DNA of 64,000 nucleotides. Source: Styela clava (taxonomy: Eukaryota). Position numbers and translations under genes: made by a program. The stretch spans positions 26,908,001 to 26,972,000 of the forward strand of contig NC_135251.1 in the NCBI RefSeq assembly GCF_964204865.1, written 5' to 3'. Shown one piece after another: positions 52,001 to 64,000 of the stretch. The notes below the pieces were generated by a model that was not told the origin of the DNA, did no database searches, and was given only the letters and a program-made list of their open reading frames with translations. The number at the start of each line of letters is the position of its first letter. Within the stretch, counting starts at the first letter, position 1.

Positions 52001-52504
52001 GTCAATACTATTTTTTTCACATAAGTCCAGTTTACAACATCTTAGATGGTGGATGTGATTATGGGGAAAAGGTGTAAACATGTATATATATTTCCTCAGT
52101 GAATGTTATCGCAACCATACAACTACACTATCAGTTATTTGCAGAGTATATCAATGAAAGTCATATTTATCTCCTCACCTCCCCTTCCCGTTATCGTCCG
52201 CGATATCGTCATCATATTCAAGTGTAACATCGTTGTTGCTCTCGTTGAACGTGACGTACATTTTCTTATTATTCTCTGACATAATATAAAAACTCCACAA
52301 CAATTTATCGTTAGGTCTCTCCAATCTCCAGCCTTCAACACCTTCGGGACTTAGTTGAACGGGAATATTGTCATGTAAAGATCGGTTGCTGGAAATCCAT
52401 TTTTGGCCTTCCTTGTCCGCTAATTCGAGTTTAGCATAATTCAGGCAATCTTTATTTTTCTTCTTCTTGGATTGTATGGGAATGCATCCACAGAATGTCG
52501 ACAT
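49041..52504 (-). CDS. Double beta-trefoil-like protein, paralogue 5, 308 aa; exons 52504-52179, 51020-50853, 50355-50146, 49263-49041
   Basis: GT-AG phase-2 introns (gtgagg, gttagt, gtgagt); 927 nt open when spliced. An in-frame TAA lies 18 nt upstream of the ATG. Exons C (IIDQFTVQVHQLNSSQKWLCD...) and D (NFTLNPYGGGVSLQSTTNSQYVVAPEGNGDL...) are not in the ORF track. Confidence 0.88.
49424..49721. mobile_element. Helentron-associated (HINE/DINE-1-like) repeat in intron 3 of paralogue 5
   Basis: Subterminal inverted motif ACTTATCG / CGATAAGT; terminal palindrome ACTTACCGATCTTAAGATCGATAAGT; CAGA-type microsatellite; multiple copies in the window. The class assignment is inferred. Confidence 0.65.
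51658..51969. mobile_element. Helentron-associated (HINE/DINE-1-like) repeat in intron 1 of paralogue 5
   Basis: Same family as 49424-49721; (CAGA)n and terminal palindrome. Confidence 0.65.
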
Positions 52505-55263
52505 TATTTTATTATTGTTTTACTTAGGAAATAAAAATTGTAATGGTAGAATATCCGGTTTTAATAGATAAATACAAATGTGCGTACTTTGTTGATAACA
52601 CTCTGGAAACGCAGACAATACCAATTTTACGATGTGAGATATTAGATAATAATTCTTGTTCCGAAGTTTTATATTAATGAAGTATCTTCAATTTTTGATA
52701 ATTCAAAGGTCCCTCGGGCAATGCGGAATAGCTCGTTTTGAAATATATGAATTAGGTTTCAGAGGTTATGACTATGAGTCATTATCGCTATTTATATTTT
52801 CCTGGTACGGAGAGGAAAGTGCTCACGGTGGGTGACTAATACCGGCATTATAATACTAAATGTACATTGTGTGAAATCATACTCTATTTCCATTTCAATA
52901 TTGTCAACAACTACGGGGTCTTGTACTGAATACATGTAACCATCATCACGTTTCCTTACCTTCCCCTTCTCTTTTATGAAAAATGCCAGTTGAATTACCA
53001 TTGCGCTTTATAGACAAATTATTACAGATCGTTCGCACATTTGTTTCACTTATTAGGCATTTAATTCAGAAAAAACTTGCGGTTCTAATACTATAACGAA
53101 AACTGAAAGTACAATCTCAGCTCCCTTTATCTCAACTATTCGTTTTACAGAATATTTTCTTATGCACGTATTGAAACCAACGCCAATCAGTTCCGCTTGG
53201 CGCAAGCGCCGGAATGCCTACTGGCGTGTTCTGAACAGCAATGCCGCAGTTTATATATCTTCAATCGTTACGCACTATGAGCGGTGCAATTTTAAGGAGA
53301 AAAGCACTTCTAGTCAATAAATTGGCAGTGATCGTGTAATCACATTGCCGATGCCCATTTATGGATATATTCTGTGACGAATAATTCCTCATCTTATGGT
53401 GAATTACGGCATATTATTTATAATATGTGCTGATAAAAGTCTCACAAACTCTAGAAAAATCGAGTATTTTAACTCAATCGTGCTTTACAATTTCTAGTAA
53501 TAATCCTTTATTTGCTCAACATCATTTTCTATCATGATATATAAGACATGGACTACAACATATTTTCAGTAGAAGTGCTTCGCAACACACTGATACAGAA
53601 CTTTCGGCAGACTGCAGGGTTTAAAATTGACAATAACTTGCACAACATCAGTAACTCAGTTGAAATCTGACTGATGAAACTTATGTTTATTTTTGGTGTT
53701 TTGCGTGTAATAGCAACGGTTAATCTGTTTCAATAATATTTGTGACGATGTAACTCTCGAAGAAAATCAAAGATTTTATTCGAGCGCTTCAAATAAAATG
53801 ATTTCATTAATCACGAACTGAAGAATATTATATATAAATCATAACAAAGCATGCGGTGAAAAAATTTGATCTTTTGTGAAATATATGACAGTAATATGAC
53901 AACTATTTCTTGTAGTTCAACCTAATTTTATCATAGTATTAAAAAAGGAATAAATGATATAAACATACAATGTTAACAATTTTCAAAAGAGAGCTATAAA
54001 AGTAAAATTGTCGTGTAGATTAGTGAGTAATGGGGGAATTTGAAGACGTGAGGAGAGATTTCGAAATCAACTCGAACAAAATCTCATTTTCTCATTTTGT
54101 TGTTGGTTTCGCATCAGCGTACTTTCCACCGCCTATTTTAGTTCATGTTTTATTATCTGCGACGTAAGTAATGATGTAAAGAGAGAGATAAAATACCATT
54201 CTCCCAATTTAACTTGTGGGTAATATGCCACGGGGAATTTCTTAGTTGAGTAAACACTAAACTATGTGATCATAAAGATTACATCATGACTGAAAACTCC
54301 GCTTGTTAATGCCTTTTACTTCCGTACTAACAGTGTAGACTACTTTTGTGCATCGTAAGATTGATATTATATGGCAATTACTATTATTAATATATTGCAA
54401 TTTTACCTGTTTCAATTTTTTCACTTATTATGCATTCTTCTTGTCAATAGACACGTGCTTGCACATAGCTTAAATAATTTCAAAACCTAATAATCGTTCG
54501 CATTGCCAACTCAGCAGCAAAAAAAAAGATTCTGAAAGAGATATGTCCGAAACAATTTGGTGTGGATTTAATTTAATGGTTTCCAAACTCGGGGTAACGC
54601 GCCGAACATATTCAACTACTTGGTCAGGTTCCACTTTATCGGACTGGAACAGGATTTATTTGTTGCAAAATATGTCATCAACATTGTTTCTTCATATTGC
54701 GTACATGATAAAGGAATTGCCTTCGTTTCGCACAAGCAAATACGGCTTTAACGTTTATACGGACTGCGACAACAATGCTAAAGCCTCATTTACTATATGC
54801 ACATAAAGGTGAAAAGTATCGGAAACGACTGCGTTGGGCTCGTTAAAGACCTTATTTACTTTGTAGAATAACGATTTGTGTGTTTAGCATAACGGGAACA
54901 TAGTTACTGTCTAGACTGGGGTCGCGGACGTAAAAATTTAATATCTCTAATGCAATTACAATATAGTATAGGTATTCAAAAAGAAATATTAATTTTTGTG
55001 ATAGCAAATACGCGTTTGTCATATTTTTCGTGAAATATTTAAGATACCTATGAAATGTAGCGAACGATTGTAGTTTTTCAAGCAAGTACATATGCAAAAA
55101 GTAATTTCGCTATACTGAGCTTCTATGTAAATTCATCTGGACAAAACCGGATTGTTTCGCGAATAAAATGCGGCGATAATGCATATTTACGCCAATTAAA
55201 TTTCGGGAACATGCAGTTTGCGCGAATCGATTTTGATAAGTATTCAATTTTGGGGATTTAATT

Positions 55264-55470
55264 GGTTCCATTAGATATGAACCCATCGTACAGTTGAATC
55301 CACGACAAATGCACCTGCATACTATTGCACCTATGGAAATTTGCACCTACGTATATTTGAACCCATACTAACCCTAACCCATGGATTTTAGCACCCGCAT
55401 ATAGATTGAACCCGCGGATATACGGGTGCAAATGTATGGGTTCAAATGTACGTGAATTCAAATGTGCACC
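55264..55470. mobile_element. Mutator-like foldback MITE, inverted copy of the 22832-23041 family
   Basis: Same internal sequence in reverse (CTAACCCTAACCC); 9-bp TSD GATTTAATT / GATTCAATT. Confidence 0.8.
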
Positions 55471-55530
55471 GATTCAATTATATATACGTACTGTTTGCGT
55501 TATGCACTGCCTACCGTATTTCTTTCAATT

Positions 55531-56050
55531 TCAATGAAAATTATAGTATTTTGTTTTGATCGCCGTCAACGTTGAAAATACAGACTCGCATAGATACGTT
55601 GAGGCGAAGGGCAGAAGTACAGTTACTGCTAAATCAGATAATGTTGGAAATTCTGTTCTACCACTAAGCTGAAGCATTTTTATAGAGAATTCAAGGCTCA
55701 AGTCGCACGTTAGAATCAGAAGGTAGATCAGCAAATTTTTCCGGGTATTCAGTGCGCGACTCATAACGACTCTTACTGAAGTTAATACCTTTCATATAGC
55801 ATCCTGTATAACTGCATTTAGATCAGGAGAATTTCGTTAGCTACTGGGGCCTTCGATGAATCATACAGTGGTTAAAAGTAATAGGTGTATCACTTACAGA
55901 TTGCATTCCCGCATGAAATCCGGCTGCAAATAATGTTATTGCTACTGCTCCGTCGTTACACATGTCAGTACGCAGGAAACTTTCGCTATATATTCTTTTT
56001 AGTATGCCGACTATTTGTTTTCTCATTGTACTCGCGCCTATTCGATTCAC
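55531..56050 (-). pseudogene. hAT (Buster/Charlie) transposase remnant
   Basis: CNDGAVAI...NHCMIHR (catalytic region and CxxH) and the dimerisation motif FPTLSDLAVTVLLPFASTYLCESVFSTLTAIKTKY. Confidence 0.85.
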
Positions 56051-57062
56051 AAATCGTTGTCGTATTTGCCTCTACTTCTGCAGAAACCACATCGACGGTT
56101 TCATCTTTTTAACCATCTATCCATTCATTCCGTTAAATTTACCTTTTCAGTATTTAGCCTGCAATATTATTTACCAGGCATAATAAAATGATAAAGCGAC
56201 GAAACAAAAAGAAAGGCGGTTAAATCCTAATTTATATTTGATGTCGTGGCATATCTGTCATTAAGATTTCCGCAGCACCAGAAAAGTGATATAAATAACG
56301 ATGTCTGGCCACCGATGGCATGGTAGTAATTCGGCATTGTTACTCAATCTTCATCGTCAATGATCAAATTTGCATAACGATCGGAGTCGTTATTGCGCGC
56401 CGCTTCTATAATTTCATGTCTCCAAATTGTAAGATTTACATTAGTTTTAGTAATTGTGTTTGAAACGAAAGTCCAAGAATATTGCGACCACTAAAATTCG
56501 TCATATCCGACATATATCACACGAACCCTGGACAGACGAAAATATACAAAAATATTCATATTTGTGTTAGTGTGCTGCAAGACTTAAGATTGTCTTCTTC
56601 GTTTTTATTATTTTGTAAATAGTAATTTTGAATATCAGATTGTTCAATATTGACACTTCGCGTGAATATCATATTCTTCGAAGTAAAATCTGCGTTGATG
56701 CCAAGGGAGAAAAAATACAACAAATTGTTCAAAAACGGTACTCTTGGTGAGTCGCAGACAATGTCGCTTGCTATTAATGAAGAACAAATTCCATACATGT
56801 TATGGAAAAACATTTGGGAGAGGATTTCTATAATGCTATGCTGTTTAAGCCGAGCAATTCAGGTGTCTGACTGACCACGTCTAATGACTAAAATGTTAGG
56901 TGCAAGTAGAGCAAGTCCTCAAACTCTCGGCAGTAACAATGAGGGATTTCGAAGAAAACTATAGAAGTAGGTTTTAAAATTGACAAAAAGCAATCTGCAA
57001 ATGTGAGGTTTTTATATTTACTATATTATATATTAATAAATGCAAAACTTCTGAATTTTTAG

Positions 57063-60054
57063 CTACGTCATCCAATTTCGGACCAAGCGTCACTAAGGGG
57101 TAATATGTTCAGTTCTTGTGAATGCTTTGACAAGATGGTCACCAAGGTAGAAGACAAAATTGTGAATGAACCTGAAACGAGGGAATCGCAACACATGGAA
57201 CATTGTGATAACGAACCATATTTGGACGATGGCTTTAAAATCGGTACTGTCAATGAAGATAAATGGTTTTCAGATGAATTCATCAAGGAAAATCATACTG
57301 TTATAGGTAAAGCAGATGCATCACAATGTCACATTTGGCAAGGTAAAGATTGGGAAATGAATTGCCATGGATTTTCGGCGTAATAAGAAAATCTAAAAAA
57401 GTAGCAAAAGTAACAAAAATTAATATAAAAAAGCTTTTCAAATTATTTAATTGAATTTCAGAATTTATCAGACGTGTACTTACAGTCAATATGTAGTATC
57501 AAAGGAGTGTTTGATAGCATTACAGTAAGGCTAAAACAAAATAAGCATCTAATTTATTCGTTACTGATATAGGTTGAACGTTAGACCGACAAATGCGTCG
57601 TTCTAGGTTGTACATTATTTGATTATAAACCTTCCGTCCTTCCAAATGGATAGGTGGCTGGTTTGAAATTCAATGGTTTCGTCTTCAGCAGCTCCCGAGC
57701 CGCAATATCATCAAACTGTGCAGCTCGGGCTTCCTAGCCACTGAAGTTTTTGGTAAACGTGATAAAATATTCGGATTATTAAGAACTGGATCCGCTGAAA
57801 TTCTTCGGGAGTTCCGGGAGTAAGCTTGGTTCCAGTTCCAACAAGACGTCAGGGCTCCATGTCCCCACGCTCCGGCTCCAGAGTCCTGGGTTTATTGAGC
57901 AAAAACGGGTGTCTCAAACTTATGGAATAAAACATTACCTTGTCTACATTTCTCACTTGGTGCTACAATTCTGCTACGCATCAAAGCGCGATTTTTCAAA
58001 ACTGACCATAAAATTGCAATCGATCTAACAATGAAACGTACTTGGAAATTGTAATGCTTTTTCGATACTAAATTTATTGATGTTTAGTGATGTATATTCC
58101 CAAACCATATTACTTTAAAAGGCTGTTAGTAAAACTAGCTTGTTTTGAGTATATATGTATAGATCTGCTACATCTCAACAAGACGCATACTACCTTCAAG
58201 TATTATACATAAAAATGCGACCTTGTTGTATCCTGACAGAACTCCCAGTTTATTAATATTTCCCAATTTAATGTTTTCCAGTGCTACTACTATGTTGACT
58301 AAAATATTATTTCAATTTTGTCAGGCTATTCACGCTTTTGTTGCAAAATGACAGAGGCATGTTATTACGAGCAGGTGATCCAAATTAATAGGAACTGATG
58401 GAAGTATACTTGAAATGATGACACTGATAATCCGACTGCGGATATGCGATGGTTTATTACACCTTCGTTTAAACTTTAAACTATGCGAAAGGTAATGTTG
58501 TATCATAGCCTATTGATATTCAAAGGCAAACATCAAGCATTAGCAAGTACCCGAGATGAAAATCATCCACTGAATGTTCGCCTCACGGATAATATACATA
58601 TAGGATTTACAGATTTATCCCAGGGGAGGAGAAAAACGATCAGACGGCCTAATCATAATATGATAAACGCCGACCTCTGTCCATGTTGCCAGTCCATGTC
58701 GGGAATGTGGTTAGTCAGACAGTTCTTTGTTTCAGATGCATGGAACTCGATGATTGAGAAAGTCGTAACCGATCAGCGCTTACGTGAACCACCCTACGGC
58801 ACCGAGAAGCCAAGCAATCCTCGCGCAAATAATTATTCCCCATTCGAACCTGTGATCCCATGCCAGGTAATCAGAGGTTCGGTGGCGAGCGTATTCTTGA
58901 TGCTTAGCACGATGCGCCACGCCGACTAGCTGAGCTCATAACAATATATCAATAAGTAGGGTTTTAGGCTTATTGCGACTTTTACAGCCATGACTTACCT
59001 CTTACCTAAGAGCTTGGGACCTTGACTCGAGCAAACTTACATGAAACTACTTGTATATATTTTTGGTTGAGAGATATTAATTGTTAGAGCAAATATTTAA
59101 TTATAAAAGTGGGAAAGTTTGTAACCGTTCCATATTTAGGTTCAAATATATATTTACGGGGTTTCCTGAAACAAGACTCATAAATTTGTTCAATTACTTG
59201 AAACAAAAATGAAAAAATATATGTATATTTAATTTGGTGAACTAGAAAGGGATGCAGCGAAAAATCAAGGAAATTTCCATAGATGGCTGGGTGCGATTGA
59301 TTGACAATTTCGCGGGCAGTTTAGTTCACTGAAACTTTTTAGTATAGTCATACGCAAACAAGTTCAAACAAATTTAAACATTTACTTCATATTTAAAAAA
59401 GTGATCGAAAAATTCATGGATTCTGTTTTTTAAAGATAACCCTGTTTATATAATAAATAATTCTTGAAAACTGATAAAAGAAATTTTATATAGCTATATA
59501 TATATAGTATATATATATATATAAAATACCTTCAATTTAAATAATGCTTTGAATACAAATAAGGCTTTCATCGGATTTCACGATGCAAATAGTCAATAGC
59601 AATTGATAAAATGATTTGCCGATGTACCAGTGGTCGGCTATCCTGTTCAACAAGTACGAACCGATACTGTACAATCATGGACAATGGGAAGCGATGGTGT
59701 GAATATGGGGTTTTATTCTGGAAAATTAGCGGTATTATCTACTCTGCATTTTGGCTTACCAATCGAGTGAGTTAGAATACTTCTAATACATTGTTTTTAC
59801 ATTATAAAGATATAAGTTTGTGTAACGCACATGCAAAACAATCTTGCATTAAAACAGATACTTCTGCTTCCCGAATATTGGAGTAGGATACACATTGCAG
59901 AGCTTAGTTCATGGCAATTGTATTCGTGGTATGCCAACGGACGGAGACGACAACCGATAAACCCGATGCCACAATTTGGGAGCTACCAGCCACGTGTTTG
60001 GTATTTGAAACAACAATTGGTACAATCACCAACCTACCTATTCCAACGACGTGA
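57063..60054 (+). pseudogene. Divergent pseudogene of the double beta-trefoil family; exons ~57063-57523, 58325-58491, 59564-59766, 59858-60054
   Basis: A: FKIGTVNEDKWFS...NELPWIFGV...SDVYLQ. B: LFTLLLQNDRGMLLRAG...LEMMT/DNPTADMRWFITPSFKL (167 nt). C: LSSDFTMQI/K*FADVPVVGYPVQQV..QSWTM...LHFGLPIE. D: YFCFPNIGVGYTLQS...DATIWELPATCLVF. Splice sites are retained; each exon has a frameshift or stop. Confidence 0.8.
58590..58926 (-). mobile_element. Putative tRNA-derived SINE in intron 2 of the pseudogene
   Basis: The minus strand begins GTCGGCGTGGCGCATCGTG (A-box-like), has GGTTCGAAT (B-box) downstream, and ends in an AT-rich tail. It does not form a complete cloverleaf. Confidence 0.6.
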
Positions 60055-60605
60055 AAATGACTAAATTAGCCGAATAACAGTGAAGGCTTATAACCATTTA
60101 AATGTTTCATCATTTGTTTAGATTTTTTATAAAATGAAAGTCATGATTTTCCTAAGCATTTATTAATCGTGTTATTTAGGGCTATAGGCTATATATATAT
60201 ATATATATGGTATTTTTGTATATCGTGAGCTACCTCGAAGCCTCTTTTACAGATAAGTTTAAAGACTTGCTTTTCCTAAATATGATTTTCTTACAACCGA
60301 TATAATTGTAGCCCGTTGACTATTTTTTGATTTTAATTAAAACCATACCATTATATTCTATTTCTATTGTATAAGCTCCATCTATATGTTACAATCCAAG
60401 ATACTTGAAAGATTAGACGCGTCAAATATGCTTTGGCGGACCGAATTCGTAATGATGTAAAAGTCATTAAATCTTCGATACGTCTGTGATTTTTCATGAA
60501 ATTCGTGGCACTGCTTGAGAACGTTGAAGATATTGATGTGTTTCATCTAGAAATGAAATGTGTATTTGTAGCTATAACTGGACAAGTATATACTGATACT
60601 TGAGG

Positions 60606-62310
60606 AGCTGCTAATTTGGGAAAGATTACAGTTTTCCTACTTCAAGTTTGTTCCCACGGTACTGCTCGGTAATTAGTCAAAGTGGACCTGTGGATGTTTT
60701 AAATATTGCTTTTTTACCTTTCCCCTTAGATTACTGGACAATACCATTCAAACTTTCAACAGTTACGAAATTGAAGATAATCCTGAAATGATATTTCATT
60801 CACAATTTTTAAATGTAAACGCATCTAAACATAGCTCATTGTTAACTAAATTCTAAATTACTCGCAGGCCGATCTAATCTAACAAAATCTACATTCAATT
60901 GTAAAGTAGAATTGGACGGCGCAAAATAAAATAAACAATGAGCTCGATGACCCGATAGGGTTGGTAACGTGCCATACATATACTGCCAAGAATATGCATA
61001 TACCGCCAACTAGTATACATATACAGCCAACCAAATATACATATTTATTACCAAGTCATATATAGCCAAACTCAATATACAAGTACGACCATTAAAATTA
61101 TGTAAAAATATTCCACAAGTGCTAGCTGATCGTTGATAACACGAGAAATGTGCTGGCGGAAAATCTCTTTTCAAAAAACTATTCTTTGGCTATTGTCAAT
61201 AAACTGTTCACAAATTTATCAAATTAACGCTCGGTGGAAAATATAAGACATAAAACTGCCGGGGCGCGTAGTTCTTGATAAATATCAAATAGGCGCCAAT
61301 CTATGATGTCATAAAACCCCACAAAAGCTGATAGTTGATAACACGAGAATGGTGCTTGCTGAAAATCTCTTTACAGAGAAATATTCTCCGGCTATTGGCA
61401 ATAAACTGTCCACAATTTATTCGAATTAACGCTTGGTGGAAAATATAAAACTGCCGGGGCGCGTAGTTCTTGATAAATATCCAATAGTCGCCAATTCTAT
61501 GATGTCTTAATAACCCACAACAGCTGATCGTTGATAACACGGAAATGTGCTGACTGAAAATCTCTTTCCAGAGAACTATTCTTTGGTTTGGCTATTGGAA
61601 ATCAACTGTTCACAAAATACCCAAATCAACGCTTGGTGGAAAATATGCAACATAAAACTGCTGGTGCTCGTAATTCTTGATAAATATCCAATAGGCGCCA
61701 ATTCTATGATGTCATAATAATCCACAACAGCTGATCGTTGATAAAATGATAACACGGTTTCACGGTTGCCAGGATAGATGTATATAAAACCTATTTCAAC
61801 ATTACTACCATGTTATTTTTTTATGTGAATTGCATTTCCACATTTTCTGTTACAATGGTCTTTGCAATAAAAAATTTCAGTTGAATAGCTGCTAGCTGCT
61901 AATTTGGGAAAGATTACAGTTTTCCTACTTCAAGTTTGTTCCCACGGTACTGCTCGGTAATTAGTCAAAATGGACCTGTGGATGTTTTAAATATTGCTTT
62001 TTTACCTTTCCCCTTAGATTACTGGACAATACCATTCAAACTTTCAACAGTTACGAAATTGAAGATAATCCTGAAATGATATTTCATTCACAATTTTTAA
62101 ATGTAAACGCATCTAAACATAGCTCATTGTTAACTAAATTCTAAATTACTCGCAGGCCGATCTAATCTAACAAAATCTACATTCAATTGTAAAGTAGAAT
62201 TGGACGGCGCAAAATAAAATAAACAATGAGCTCCATGACCCGATAGGGTTGGTAACGTGCCATACATATACTGCCAAGAATATGCATATACCGCCAACTA
62301 GTATACATAT
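60606..62310. repeat. 417-bp direct repeats (60606-61022, 61894-62310) flanking three ~200-bp tandem units (~61125-61745)
   Basis: Offset 1288, 2 differences seen; the inner units begin AGCTGATCGTTGATAACAC. Confidence 0.85.
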
Positions 62311-62519
62311 TTGGCCAAAGAATAGTTCACTGAAAAAAAAAAAGATTCTCAATGTCGCCTTTTGCTGCCTCACATTCTCACGTTATCACAATAAAGTGTT
62401 GTGGGGCTATCTCGTGGCATCATAGATTGCAACCTATTTTATGTATGCGACTGACATTGTACGAATCGTTACGCACAAATAACATGTAAGGGCTTGTCAC
62501 TAAATGATGCTGATATCAC

Positions 62520-64000
62520 AACGAGAACCGAACCGAAGAGTTATCGATTGGAAGTCAGGAGATCCCCAAAACAGAAACGCGGTTTCGATTCACCTGCTCT
62601 TACTTCATAGCGACCCCGTGTGTATTCAAACATAGCCTAGCGATATTTTGGTGCGGAATTTTGCAACCCTGAACCGGATAGAGGGATATGGAAATTGCTT
62701 AAGGAGTAATTACGAGAATATCGATCAGAGACCGAAGACTTATCGATCGAAAGTTAGGGGATCCCAAAACAGAAACTGCGGTTTCGATTCGAAAAATTCT
62801 GCGAACCCTAACTGGATTGTTTTGATTAGTTTTCAGCCAATATCAAAAATGTAGGAAACAATAGCCAACTCCCCATGTCGTCGTCGAAATACTACTCGAG
62901 GAAATACTTTTATGAAGAATTCTACAAATCCGAACTGAATTGTTTCGATTAGTTTCCAGCCAATAGCCTATTCACCAATCCTATATTTTGTGTCAAATAC
63001 AACGGCGCTAACCCGGGTTGCGACGACTATTCAAACACAGCCTAGCGATATTTTGGTGAGGAATTCTGCAACTCCGAACCTGATAGAGGGATATGGACAT
63101 TGCTTGAACTTTAACGAGTAATTATAAGTAACGAGATACGATCTCGCGGCGTGTATCCTTCGCTCTGACTCAATAGGGTGGAAAATTTCTCGAAGGAAAC
63201 TTGCGCATCGCGACGACGTCAAAGTAACAAGAGAGATATGGACAATGCTTAAAGATTAATCACGAGATACGATCTAGCGGTGTGTATCCTTCGCTCTGAC
63301 TCACTAGTGTGAAAACTTGCGCATCGGACACGCACACACACATTCAGTGCGTCGAAAATCTCTCGCTCTGCAAATATCCAGATCTCTTCACTAATTAATT
63401 AATAACTCACTAATTATACGACATAAATAGGCTTCTGGTCCGAGATATGATGAATGCACATGCAAAATTTGGAGCAGATTCAACCACGCCTTCGTGAGAT
63501 ATCGCGTGCATCTAACAGACAAACAGACAGACAGACAGACAAATACCTATCAACATACTTACCGATTAAAATCGATAAGTAATAAGTAACGAGATACGAT
63601 CTCGCGGCGTGTATTTTTCGCTTTGACTCAATAGCGTGGAAAATTTCTCAAAGGAAACTTGCGCATCGCGGCGACGTCAAAGTTACAAGAGGGATATGGA
63701 CAATGCTTCAAAGATTAATCACGAGATACGATCTAGCGTTATGTATCCTTCGCTCTGACCAAAGTGGCTATAAAGTTATACTGTTATAGTCACTTTGGCT
63801 CTGACTCACTAGCGTGAAAACTTGCGCATCGCACACACACACACTCAGCGCGTCTCAAAAATCTCTCGCTTCGCAAAAACCGTTCTCTAGATTTGCAAAA
63901 ATCCAGATCTTTTCATCACTAATTAATTAATAACTCGCTAATTATACGACATAATTCATCCAAAATCAATAGGCTTCTGATCCGAGCTATGATGAATGAA
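62520..64000. mobile_element. Cluster of nested or tandem HINE-like elements with internal repeats
   Basis: 5' pieces at ~62520 and ~62712; 3' pieces at ~63388-63582 and ~63917-64000; interleaved repeated blocks ACGAGATACGATCT...CTTGCGCATCG. Confidence 0.65.

Noticed and set aside
3358-52504. Assigning a gene symbol (fascin, IL1, FGF, ricin-B lectin)
   Set aside because: Only fold-level resemblance: two domains rather than fascin's four, and no regular QxW triad or clear IL-1/FGF signature.
58820-58926. tRNA gene
   Set aside because: A and B boxes are present but there is no complete cloverleaf; better explained as a SINE head.
60375-60603. Possible fifth exon or third domain of the pseudogene
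   Set aside because: There is an acceptor-like AG and a few strand-like peptides, but no convincing family motif and several stops.

Overview
AT-rich eukaryotic DNA with spliceosomal introns, probably from a marine invertebrate (ascidian-like; the taxon is a guess). The main content is a tandem cluster of an unrecognised four-exon gene family, which the ORF track shows only as fragments. Manual splicing gives four complete minus-strand genes of 299-308 aa, a fifth that runs off the left edge, one divergent plus-strand pseudogene (57.1-60.1 kb) and two remnants. All introns are phase 2. The proteins have no signal peptide and consist of two homologous ~140-aa halves, each with three repeats patterned like a beta-trefoil (fascin/IL-1/FGF-like; fold inferred). 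The second half diverges much faster between paralogues than the first. The cluster is heavily invaded by transposons: a BEL/Pao > hAT > Gypsy(Mag) nest, a near-perfect 6.8-kb tandem duplication, a decayed RLE-type non-LTR element carrying nested MITEs, an L1/Tx1 fragment, several hAT/Mutator/Tc1-type MITEs with target-site duplications, Helentron-associated repeats, a tRNA-derived SINE and a 32-bp minisatellite. No prokaryotic features, CRISPR or rRNA were found.
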